Of a stretch of 64,000 nt of DNA, positions 27,038 to 39,130 are shown one piece after another. This DNA comes from Mytilus trossulus (Eukaryota): positions 62,001 through 126,000 of the forward strand of contig NC_086382.1 of assembly GCF_036588685.1 (NCBI RefSeq), in the 5' to 3' direction. The notes under the pieces are model-generated. The model saw only the letters and a list, made by a program, of their open reading frames with translations. It searched no databases and was not told the origin of the DNA. The number at the start of each line of letters is the position of its first letter. Within the stretch, counting starts at the first letter, position 1. The translations under genes and the position numbers were made by a program.

Positions 27038-27374
27038 CCATAATCTACAATGGAGTGTTGCAGGTGAGTCTTCTCCTCACTCACGAAAACATGGGCCGCC
27101 GACTCGTCACAGGCCTTCTTGTAGTCTGCATCTGTGCGTGTCATGTCGTGACAACGCACAAGATGCAGGTCCAGGCGTATGGTGTCAACGCCGCAAATGG
27201 AACAGACCCGTCTGCCCCCATACTGACGCTTGGCTGGTTCGCGTACAGGGATATAATCCTATAATCCTGCACGTCAACAGCCAAGTGGGCAGGGGTCTTG
27301 ACGGCCAGATGTCGTGTGACATTCACGACGCTGGCACCACACCCTGGGACTGGACAGTCCAATCTCTGTCGTTT
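27038..27374 (-). CDS. Exon with two C2H2-type zinc fingers (frameshifted)
   Basis: CPVPGCGASVVNVTRHLAVKTPAH, then after the frameshift RRVCSICGVDTIRLDLHLVRCH. Exon length is 337 nt but phases 0/2 require 3n+2, consistent with a 1-nt loss. Confidence 0.8.
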
Positions 27375-29069
27375 CTGAAAATTAATCACGAGATGAAAAA
27401 ATTGCCAACGAAACCGTTGATCCACGACGAAGGAACGAAATTAATTGATGTTATGACACTATAATAGTGATTTTAAAACCCATTCATTCGCTTTAAATTT
27501 TGTTTAACACATTACCGTCAGTGTAGGCATTCATAGAACTATTAAAAACTATTCACTATTGTAATGTTCACACTTGGAACATACAATACATATATTATAA
27601 AAAGTAAAGCACAAATTTCCATACGCTTCGGCTATTACGTACAGATTCTTTATACGCTATGGGAACACCATGAACAATTTGTCTGTGTAACTGAATTGGA
27701 ACAATAAAGGTTTCGAGTATCGTCATTGTCACATTTATAAAGCGAACAGTATAAAAACCAGTGTTCAATAGGGATGGAGTTGTAAAGGTTGAAACGATAT
27801 AGGATACGATTAATGTGTTACTGATACCAGTAAATAGGTGTCATGCAGGCATGTACATCTAAGGGTTCAATAGTGATGGTGTCGGTAGGTTCGTATGATA
27901 TAGGTAAGGATTATTGTGTTAATGAAACTACTAGGAGTCATGCATGTCTATCTTAGTGTTCAATAGTGAAGGTCTTCGGTAGGTTAAAACGATGTAGACT
28001 ATGATTAACATCTTAATCATACCAGTACATATGAGTTCTGCATGTCTATTTTAGGGTTCCATAGTGATGATATTCGGGTAAGTTCATACGATGTCGGTGA
28101 TGATTAATATGTTAATGATATCAGTAAATAGCAGTCATGCATGTATATTTCACTATCAAATCGTAAATAAGGATGTCCATGCAACATTATGTATTACTTA
28201 CTGTCTCTCCTGTCCTCTGTTTCGTGTGCGCGGCTCTCTTTACGGGCTGCTGTTTTTCCGTCACCACCACTTCCATAATTTCAACATCTGAATCATCCAC
28301 CTGTGCAGGTGCAGGCACTTTCAGAAACGCCAAAGTGGTCTGTTTCAATTTCTGTTTGGTCATTAAAAAAGTATAAATAACACTGATATGTAGTTCAACA
28401 GAACAAAAACAAATATTTATACGCAACAATAGGTACATGCAAGATACGATGTGTGTCATATGGCAACACCCCTTTCTGGAGATGTTTGTATTCATTTTGT
28501 GACGATGTTGTTTTTTTTTTTTTTTATTTTCCATTGGTTCATTTTCGTAATATTTACATATCATACTTCTTTGGGATTCCCTTCAGTGATTATGGTCATT
28601 ACAATTTGTTAGGACTGTTTGCTATTTATAATATACCTAGCTGTTATACAAGTGTGGGGTTACAAACAAAATAAGTGTTTTAGTTCTGGAAATTTACGCT
28701 CGTATCCAACGTTTGAACGTTTGGTTTGTCTATTATGGATGTCGCCACCCTTTTTTTAATTGTTCATGTTGTGTTTTTAGTTTTCTTTTCGGTCTTTCTG
28801 TTATATACGTTTATTCATTCTTACCTGGGAAGGGCGCTGTGACATCTTTGAAGGGGGCTGTGACGACAGCTTTGAAGGGCGCTGGGAAGGGCGCTTGGAA
28901 CGGCGGGAGGACCGCTGTGGAGGGCGCTGGGTAATATCCTCCCGCCGATCCTCCTTCAATTGTCGAATGTCCTCTTTAGTGATCCGGAATTCGTCCCCGG
29001 ATGCTGTAAAAAATAGTTTACATTAGTCACAGTTCATGCTCTGTGAGATGAATATGCATATACGTATTT

Positions 29070-29295
29070 TATAGATATAGGAAGATGTGGTGTGAGTGCC
29101 AATGAGACAACTCTCCATCCAAATAACAATTTAAAAATTAAACCATTATAGTTTAAAGTACGGCCTTCAACACGGAGCCTTGGCTCACACCGAACAACAA
29201 GCTATAAAGGGCCCCAAAATTACTAGTGTAAAACCATTCAAACGGGAAAACCAACGGTCTAATCTATATAAACAAAACGAGAAACGAGAAACATT
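29070..29295 (+). repeat. Dispersed repeat in intron (gatgtggtgtgagtgccaatgagacaac…aaacgggaaaaccaacggtctaatc)
   Basis: Related copy at about 43640-43930. Confidence 0.7.
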
Positions 29296-32200
29296 TATGT
29301 TCATTTGTGTTGTATATCATTTACTATCATGTATTCCAGTGAAGCAAAATAAGTGGTTATTCATGATATTCTGGTATTTACCGAGTGTCAATAGTGATAA
29401 GAAAACATGTGTTTATGCTTCAAAGGAATATGGTGTCGTCCTTTTATCATGGTTATGGCACTGGGTCTACAACACCCATTTAATAATTCCTTTTATGATG
29501 GACTAATCAGTAGTTTGCGAAAGTATTCATCCTTTTCAGATTCCGCATTACTACTGTTTCAGACAGTATGGTCATTAGTATTAGCGCAGGTGCCGACATC
29601 TCCTCATTTGCAGAGGAAAGAATTAAGGTGTTTACTTACAAAGTATTTCTATCCGGTCGTCCTCGGAATCCAAAGGAACTGAAAAGTATAAAATGATGCT
29701 CTGTCATAATGCACTTTCAACACTTTGTCCACAACTTTAAATTTTACTATCATAGTCTTTATATGAATTTAAAAAGGATTGGTATTAATTGTACTATCAC
29801 CACACTGTTATTATCGTCGCTATATGAATTAAAAAAGGATTGGTATAGTTATATGTATGATTGCATTTTCATTACGATGTAATATTATATTTACCTATTC
29901 TGTCCGTGTCCGGAATGGGGAGGTGTGGTCCTGAAGAAGAAAATGTGTTGTTTTTTTTATTATTAATAACCTGAGTCATAAGAAGCATCACTAAACAATA
30001 TGTACATGATGTATCACCGTTGCAAAATCTCTCTCTCGCTATTGGAAAAAACAAGACAAACGTTTGTGATCATTGCCCATCCTTTTTAATTTGTTTTAAT
30101 TTGATATATAGTTTATGTATGAGTGAATTGATAACACATGAGTTAATCATTGTATTTTATGAAAATCCACAACATCAATTGCTCTTTATTGCACCTGAAT
30201 TTTCGGTATTTCAATGCCAGTTTCATGACCAATACACCTATCGATAATTGTTAAGCGCATAATTTACTTACTACTCCTTTGGAAAGCTGACGGTCGTATC
30301 AGATTCTGCTCTTTTCCTGTTAACATAGAAAAAGGTTAGTTTAATTTAAAGTAGATGATGACGTTTCGTTGAAATTTAACCGTATATGTATCAAATTGGC
30401 GGATACCATTAAATTGTAGTTGATATAATATTGAGGTTTTGGTGATCTTTAAATTCATCTTCTACACCAACAATAAGTCCTTTGTGACCAGCTACCCTTT
30501 TTGTAGTCTCGATTTGTTGAAAATACTCTTCCACTTTAACACATAATTGATCAATAATGACCCAAATAAAGGCAACAGTAGTATACCGCTGTTCGAAAGT
30601 CATAAATCGGTTGAGAGTCAAAAAATTCAGATGCGGGTTACAAATTAAAATTGAGGGGAAACGCATCAGATATAGGAGTAGAACAACGACACAAAAGAAA
30701 CACAACATTAACATGTAACACACACAGAATAGACAATGGCCGTTTTCATTACTGGGTACAGGACATGTTAAGAAGAATTGTTGTTTACTCACTTTTCAAA
30801 GACTTATCCGAGCTGTGATGGTGCAGCTCGGCTGTCACCACTACTGTGTTGTTGTTGGTGGTGGTGTTGGCCTTCTCATCTATTCAATAAAGATATTTGA
30901 AAGTTTTCATTTATATATATGTTTATTATGAATATGACGGAAAAATACAACAATCCAAAACTAATACGTTTTTCACGCGCTAGACGGTTTGTGTAAATGC
31001 AATATTCAATTGATCGGTCTTTCCCCAGCGTTGATAGTAGATCGAGAAAACATGTGATCGTATACATGTAATAAAAGGCAACACCAATTTGCACACACCT
31101 GCTATTAGAGTTTCGCGTTTTTTGAGCTCATTTAGGAATTGACATAAACTTACCAATAGGACACTCAGTGGTTGCGTCTGCCGCAGGCGTTGGCAGGGTC
31201 TGATCATCTGCAATTAAATACATAGGTATGTTATTATTAAAATATTGATAAATAATACAAATCTACAATTAAAGCCGACACGTGATCGTATACATATAAA
31301 GTGATAACCATTTTTGGGCAGAGACAAGGCTATAAAATGTCATTAACTGACCGAGATCTGTCAGTGTATCAAGTTCGTCTGTCTGCTCCTCAGGAGGAGT
31401 ATTGTCTGCCATTAAAAATATTTTAGTGTTATAATTGACCTGTTGATGATTTCTATACAGATACATAGGAAAAGCGGTGATCCGTTGTCATTTGCAACGA
31501 CAGATGATTTGCATGAATCGACAATTGTATTGAAATGTGTTAATCTACAGTTGAGAGAAGGGTGTGTGAAACTGTGATTGTATACATATAATAAAGTGAT
31601 AACACCTTCTTGGCAGATGCATGGAATGACAGCTATCGCGTACGTGAACAGTTTATATGAGGGAGTACGACAGTTCATTGAAAATAAAAGTCTCGTTGAC
31701 TTACCAATGTCAGTGGGTGTGTGGCCTTCTCCCACAGGAGGAGTATTGTCTGCAATTAAAAAAAAAATCGTGTTATAATGGACATATTGATGATTTGTAC
31801 AGATACAAAGATAAAGTGGTGACCCGTTGTCATTTTCAACGGCAGATGATTTGCATGAATCGAGAATTGTATTGAAATGTGTTAATCTACAGTTGAGGGA
31901 AGTAGGTTTGAACATGTGATCGCACACATATAATACATTGATAACAGCTTTTGTAGAGTTCACAGTTCTGCGTACGTGTATAGCGTATATGTGGGGGATA
32001 TGCTTCATGTAGAATTTGGCAAGTAACTTACCAGTAGGATGGACACTGTGGGCATCCTGTGAGAGGTTCAGCTGCTCCAACGAGACATTTAGTGTGTCGT
32101 TTTCTGCAAAGAAGATACGTCCATGTTATAATTGATATATTGTGGAATATTAAAACAAAGTGAAGTAAATGTCCGTAGTCAAATTCTACAACAGATACAA

Positions 32201-33614
32201 CGCATTAATTATCTGTTCAATTGAACCATGTTTGTCCACCGTAAAGAAAAGGAAAAAAGTAAGAATGTAATCGGCTACGTATCATAACGCCGACAGACTA
32301 CTTGCAGCGAAGTATCATCACAGTTTCTTGTTACTGAATAGCGCCGTACGTTACCAGATGATGGGATTAATTTAACAAGTGTCAATGCGTTACCAGGGAG
32401 AGGACAGACATTCCGGGAATCATCATCATCATCACCCGAATCCTGATGGTTTCCGTCCACAGTTCCTGCAATAAAGATTCGTTCATTTTATCTTTGATAT
32501 ATTGAGGAATAATACAAAAATCAGTAAACCAGAGTCCCGAACTCATTTTGACGACACACTATACGCATGCATCAATTTTTCTAATGACACGTGTTTGTCT
32601 ACCATTGACAGACGAAAGAGTAAACCTGAGATCGGCTACATATAATAAAGTGACAATAGCATTGGCACGGTCCGGCCGCCACAGTTGCGCGTCGTTGTAC
32701 AGCATATGTTAAAATGGAATAGTGTTAATTTCAAATTTATCAATGACTTACCATCTTCAATGGCCAACGCCCGCCACTTGTCGCCCTCCTCTGACAGGTT
32801 ATACAGACAAGGCTGTATCTTAAATGATTGTATATCTGCAATAAAGATATGTGCAGGTAACTATTGATACCATAAGGAGTGATAAATAATATGACCAGAG
32901 GCCCGTACTCATTTCCGACAACGGAATATTCGCATCCATCCAAAGTTCTACTCAAGTGTGTTTGTGAAGCGTTAAGAGAACATTGATTAAACATGTGGTT
33001 GCGAGAAGGAAATGTGAAACTGTGATTGTAGACATATAATGAAGTGATAACAACTTCTTGGCAGATGCATGGAATGACAGCTATCGCGTACGTGAACAGT
33101 TTATATGAGGGAATACGACAGTTCATTGAGAATAAATGTGTCATTGACTTACCAACACCAGTGGGTGTGTGGCCTTCTCCGCCGATCTCGTCGGGCTGTT
33201 CCTCAGGAGGAGTATTGTCTGCAATTGAAAATATGTTAGTGTTATTGAACCTGTTGATGATTTATACAGATACATAGAAAAAGCGGTGATCCGTTGTCAT
33301 TTGCAAGGACAGATGATTTGCATGAATCGACAATTGTATTGAAATGTGTTAATCTATAGTTGCGAGAAGGATGTGTGAAACTGTGATTGTATACATATAA
33401 TGAAGTGATAACACCTTCTTGGCAGATGCATGGAATGACAGGTATCGCGTACGTGAACAGTTTATATGAAGGAGTACGACAGTTCATTGAAAATAAAAGT
33501 GTCATTGACTTACCAACATCCGTATCAGTGCCCATCTGGCCTTCATCCACAGAGTGAATATCTGCAATAAAGATATGTGCATGTGACTAATGATACCATG
33601 GGGAGTGATAAATA

Positions 33615-33831
33615 CCGTATAGCGGGTTATTTTCGCGGGGTGTAAATTTTCGCTTATTTTCGCGGATAGAACAAAATCGCCAAAATAAATTCCGCCAATT
33701 TAAATGTGTACATGCAAAGGTAATGTTAAAAATGTCGAATCCGCCAAAATAATAATCGCCAAAATTTTTCGTATACCTTATTCAATGAAAATCGCGAAAT
33801 TTTACACCCGCGAAAATAACCCGCTATACGG
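33615..33831. mobile_element. Tc1/mariner (pogo-like) MITE, 217 bp, TA TSD
   Basis: TIR CCGTATAGCGGGTTATTTTCGCGGG…; TA at 33613-33614 and 33832-33833; an empty paralogous site (gataaaTAatttgacc) lies at about 34565-34580. Confidence 0.92.
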
Positions 33832-36800
33832 TAATTTGACCAGAGGTCCGTACTCATTTCCGACAACGGACTATTGACATCAATGCAAAGTTCTACTCAA
33901 AAGTGTTTGTGAAGCGTTCAGAGAAGAATGATTAATTATTTGGTTGATCTACAGTTGAGAGAAGGATGTGTGAAACTGTGATTGTATACATATAATAAAG
34001 TGATAACAACTTCTTGGCAGATGCATGGAGTGACAGCTATCGCGTACGTGAACAGTTTATATGAGGGAGTACGACAGTTCATTGAGAATAAAAGTGTCAT
34101 TGACTTACCAACACCAGTGGGTGTGTGGCCATCTCCGCCGATCTCGTCGGGCTGTTCCTCAGGAGGAGTATTGTCTGCAATTGAAAATATGTTAGTGTTA
34201 TCATTGACCTGTTGATGATTTATACGGATACATAGAAAAAGCGGTGATCCGTTGTCATTTGCAACGACAGATGATTTGCATGAATCGACAATTGTATTTA
34301 AATGTGTTAATCTACAGTTGCGAGAAGGATGTGTGAAACTGTGATTGTATCCATATAATGAAGTGATAACACCTTCTTGGCAGATGCATGGAATGACAGG
34401 TATCGCGTACGTGAACAGTTAATATGAAGGAGTACGACAGTTCATTAAAAATAAAAGTGTCATTGACTTACCAACATCAGTATCAGTGCCCATCTGGCCT
34501 TCATCCACAGAGTGAATATCTGCAATAAAGATATGTGCATGTGACTAATGAAACCATGGGGAGTGATAAATAATTTGACCAGAGGTCCGTACTCATTTCC
34601 GACAACGAACTATTGACATCAATGCAACGTTCTACTCGAAAGTGTTTGTGAAGCGTTCAGAGAAGAATGATAAACATTTGGTTGATCTACAGTTGAGAGA
34701 AGGATGTGTGAAACTGTGATTGTATACATATAATAAAGTGATAACACCTTCTTGGCAGATGCAGGGAATGACAGCTATCGCGTACGTGAACAGTTTATAT
34801 GAGGGAGTACGACAGTTCATTGAAAATAAAAGTGTCATTGACTTACCAACAACAGTGGCCTTCTGTCTGTCCTGTGTTGACGGGGTTATCTGGCTCATGT
34901 CTGAAATAAAGATATGTCCATGTTATTATTCATGAGTTGAGGAGTAATAGCCAAAAAATACAAGAGTCCCGAAGTAACGCGTCAGTGTACTGTGTGTGAG
35001 GAGGTTTTGGGGTGAATTGATGTAGTGTTGTTAACTTACCGAAATCCCAGACTGGATCCGACCAAGCCTTTGAGGTGGAGGCCTTTTGGGTGGAGGATAA
35101 GAGCCAGTTGTACGGTGTCGTCCGTCTTGATGAATCTGGTTCTTCTGTAATAGTAAACCCCTTCATTTACATGAAAACTTTAACATGTACAGTTAATGTT
35201 AGTCTAATGTTGTCATTGATAGGAAACGTGTGTTACTTGACGTTATGCAAACATAATAAAAGGGGTGTTGATCTACAGTTGACAGAAGGAGGTTTGAACC
35301 TGTGATCACATACATATAAGACTCTGATAACACCTTTTCGGCACCTACATGGATTGACTGTTTCGCGTACGCGAACAGTGTCTATGAGGGAGTTCATTGA
35401 CTGAGCAAGATGAGTGTCAAATGTTGCTGATTTATACAGATACAAAGGGAAAGTGTTAACCCGTTGTCATTTGCGACGACAGACTACTGCCATGAATCGA
35501 GAGTTGTATTGAAATGTGCTGGTCTACACTTGAAAGAAGGATGTTGAAATGAGTGATAGCATACATATAATAAAATTATAACACATAAAGATATGTGCAT
35601 GCTATTATTGATAAAAATACAAGAGTCCCCAAATGACGCGTCAGTGTACTGTGTGTGATGAGGTTATGGGGTTAATGGATGTAGTGTCATTAACTTACCG
35701 ACTGGCTCCTTTGAGGTGTAGGTCTGTGAGGTGGAGGCCTTTGAGGTAGACTAGGGTCTATACAACTCCTCGGAGGTGTAGGCCTGTGAGTTGGAGGGCT
35801 TTAATGTTGAGGCTAAAAGCCAGTTTTTCGGTGTCGTGCGTCTTGATGATGCATATGGTTCTTCTGTAATAGTAAACCACTTAATTTACATGAAAACTTT
35901 ACAGTAATGTTAGTCAAATGTTGTCATTGATAGGAAACGTGTGTTACTTGCCGTTATGTAAAAACAATGAAAGGGGTGTTGATCTACAGTTGAGAGAAGG
36001 AGGTTTGAACTTGTGATCGCATACATATAATACAGTGATAACATCTTTTCGGCACCTACATGGATTGACAGTTTCGCGTAGGGGAATAGTGTAAATCAGG
36101 GAGACAGACGGTTCATCCTAAAAATTGTCATTGACTTACCAACATCAGTAGCCTCCTGTGTTTCCTGTGTAATGGGGCTCATGTCTGCAATAAAGATATG
36201 TCCATGTTATGACTGATGAGCTGAGGAGTAATTCCCCAAGAATACAGAGTCCCGAAGTCACGCGTCAGTGTACTGTGTGTGTGTGCTTATTACATTAATA
36301 TTATAACAATCCTTTGAGGTGGAGGCTACCATCCAGCTGTACGGCGTGGCTGGTGTCGATGATGGTTGTGTTGTAATAGTAAACCACTTAATCTACATCC
36401 AAACTTTAACATGTACACTTAGTCTTAGTCAAATGTTGTCATTGATAGGAAACGTGTGTTACTTGTCGTTATGTAAAAATAATGAAAGGGGTGTTGATCT
36501 ACAGTTGAGAGAAGGAGGTTTGAACTTGTGATCGCATACATATAATACAGTGATAACCCCCATTTCGGCACCTACATGGATTGACAGTTTCGCGTAGGTG
36601 AATAGTGTAAATCAGGAAGTAAGACGGTTCATCCTAAAAATTGTCATTGACTTACCAACATCAGGAGCCTCCTGTATGTCCTGCGTAATGGGGCTCATGT
36701 CTGCAATAAAGATATGTCCATGTTATGATTGATGAGCTGAGGAGTAATACCCCAAGAATACAAGAGTCCCGAAGTCACGCGTCAGGGTACTGTGTGTGTG

Positions 36801-37566
36801 TGCTTATTACAATAATATTATAACAATCCTTTGAGGTGGCAGCCTTTAAGGTGGAGGCTACCATCCAGTTGTACGGTGTGGCTGGTGTCGATGATGGTTG
36901 TTTTGTAATAGTAAACCACTTAATCTACATCCAAACCTTAACATGTACACTTAGTCTTAGTCAAATGTTGTCATTGATAGGAAACGTGTGTTACTTGCCG
37001 TTATGCAAAAAAAACCAGTTATACATTTAGTATTCTTTCCAGAATTGCATTATCATAATATAAACCTCTTTATCTGCCATTGAGAGTAGAATAGGTAAAC
37101 ATGTGATTGGCTACATATAAAGCAGCTTCTTCCATCAGAGGTTGGCGTCACTCTTCATCGTATGTGATGATATAATTGGGTTATTCAAGAATTGTCATTG
37201 ACTTACCTATATCAGGCAGTGGGTCTGTAGTAAGGGACTGCTGACCTATATCAGGCAATGACTCCTGGCTGGATCTTACAAGCCAGTTGAATGGGGTGGA
37301 TGGTGGTCTTCTGAGTGGTTGTTCCACTGAATTTACATCAAAACTGTAACAGGTATTGTTAAGAGTCAAATGGTGTCATTGAGAGGAAACGTGTGTTACT
37401 TTACGTTATGCAAAAATAATGTTAAACACGTGTTCATTTACATTCACTCTTCCTAATAAATTAGATCACATTTTGCCATAAGGATATACATTGCATTTGA
37501 ACCAAGCATGCTTTAATAAATTACAAACCTGGTGAAGCGACCGACCATCTACCATATATATATATA

Positions 37567-38162
37567 CAACTCGTCTAAACATCAACCCAACAATGTTAGA
37601 TCTGTAAATTTGCTTTCGCAAATTTTTTATTCTTCCCTCGCCGGGATTCGAACCCATGCTACTGTGATATCGTGACACCAAATCGCCTGCACTGCAGCCG
37701 TCCCGCTAGACCACACGACCACCTGGGCTCTACAATAATAGAGCTTTCGCTGGCCGTGTTTTACCTTTCCTCGTCAGTTTTAATCTAGCGGCGTACTACA
37801 GTACATGATATATAAGGCATGAAGATGTTATTGTTACAGATCAGCTAAATTATCTATAGAAAAGGATCCTACAAATTAATGTAATATACAGTCACAGAAA
37901 ATAATTAAGTACGTCTGAGTCAGTGACAACTCTACAACAGATGTATCCATCGGATCGCCATCAATGATGGTGATACATGGCTGTGTACATAATGTATATA
38001 CAACTCGTCTAAACATCAACCCAACAATGTTAAATCTGTAAATTTGCTTTCGCAAATTTTTGATTCTTCCCTCGCCGGGATTCGAACCCATGATACTGTG
38101 ATATCGTGACACCAAATCGCCTGCACTGCAGCCGTCCCGCTAGACCACATGACCACCTGGGC
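37567..38162 (-). mobile_element. tRNA-like direct-repeat element inserted in (TA)n
   Basis: Two 162-bp direct repeats (37567-37728 and 38001-38162), each with an A-box-like TGGTCRTGTGG and B-box GGTTCGAATCC, separated by about 270 bp; (TA)n on both outer sides. Confidence 0.8.
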
Positions 38163-39130
38163 TATATATATATATATATTTTCTTCTTCTTTATTTCGGT
38201 ATAATTGTATAATAACTGTATATAATTGTCCAATACCACCATCCATCCCCCACACCAAGCGAACCACTTTCTCTCGGGTTGTGGATGGATGGTGGCATTG
38301 ATTTTTTTTTATACCACCATACATCATCAAGCCTGCCCAATCACGTTCACTTGCAGTTGGCCTGGATGTCGGCATTACACACTCATATAGAGTAATAATA
38401 CAGTTATTGCCTATTAATCAATTAAAACCAATGGACATTATATTGTCAAAGTATTATAAGTGTCAGCGGTCTCCAACCACAGTTCCGCCTAAGTGTACAG
38501 CGAATGTGAGTCGGTGTGATGGGGTTCATTTTAGTGGTGTTATTGACTTACTAATATGTGGAGATAGCATCTGGTACTCTACACCACTATGGTTATAATC
38601 GGCAGTAAACATAGGTGCATATTATAATGGACATATTGAGCAATAATAAAACAGCACACCAGAGGTCTCTTATCAATTCTGAAGACACAATCTTCGCCTG
38701 AATCCTTGGTTTTAGTGAAAAGTGTTTGTATCGCGTTGGGAGAAGAATGTGTAAACATGTGATCTTCTACATGTAATAAATGGCAAACACCATTTGGAGC
38801 GGCGTGTCATCCAGAGTTCCGCTTAAATGAACAGCGTATGTACGAGGTAATGGTGTTAATGTAAGAATTATCATTGCCTTACCTATCACAAGTGCTGAGA
38901 ATGTCTTTGGAGGGTCTCTCTTCTTAGACATGGCTTCTAAAATAGATTTAAAAAAAAAAATTACCTGTTACATTGAGCGGTTGATGTAACAGCAGTATAC
39001 TACTGTTGCCTTAACTTCCGCCTACACTATATCTGTCAAAATGTAATTGAAGAGTCCAAACGTTTGTTCATGAAAACGATATATTTTCCACTTTAAGTTT
39101 TTCATAAATAATTCGATACACGTGTACATT

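Larger units (their letters stand above)
30950..38940 (-). repeat. Tandemly duplicated exon-intron units forming the mini-exon array of the YR gene
   Basis: Homologous intron cores (ctacagttgagagaagg…tgtgat.gtatacatataat.aagtgataacacc) alternate with 45-165 nt phase-1 exons. Higher-order duplications at about 33.0-33.9 vs 34.0-34.7 kb and 35.9-36.4 vs 36.4-36.9 kb. Confidence 0.9.

Noticed and set aside
31412-32080. 222-aa ORF and similar ORFs at 31-37 kb as standalone genes
   Set aside because: They are read-throughs of mini-exons into the repeated intron sequence across clear GT/AG sites.
37728-37780. Functional hammerhead in the tRNA-like repeat core
   Set aside because: Stem II pairs poorly and the U-H cleavage site is missing (CC follows stem III); kept only as a resemblance.
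37630-38162. Two genuine tRNA genes
   Set aside because: A/B boxes are present, but I could not fold a canonical acceptor stem and anticodon arm, and both are embedded in a larger duplicated repeat.
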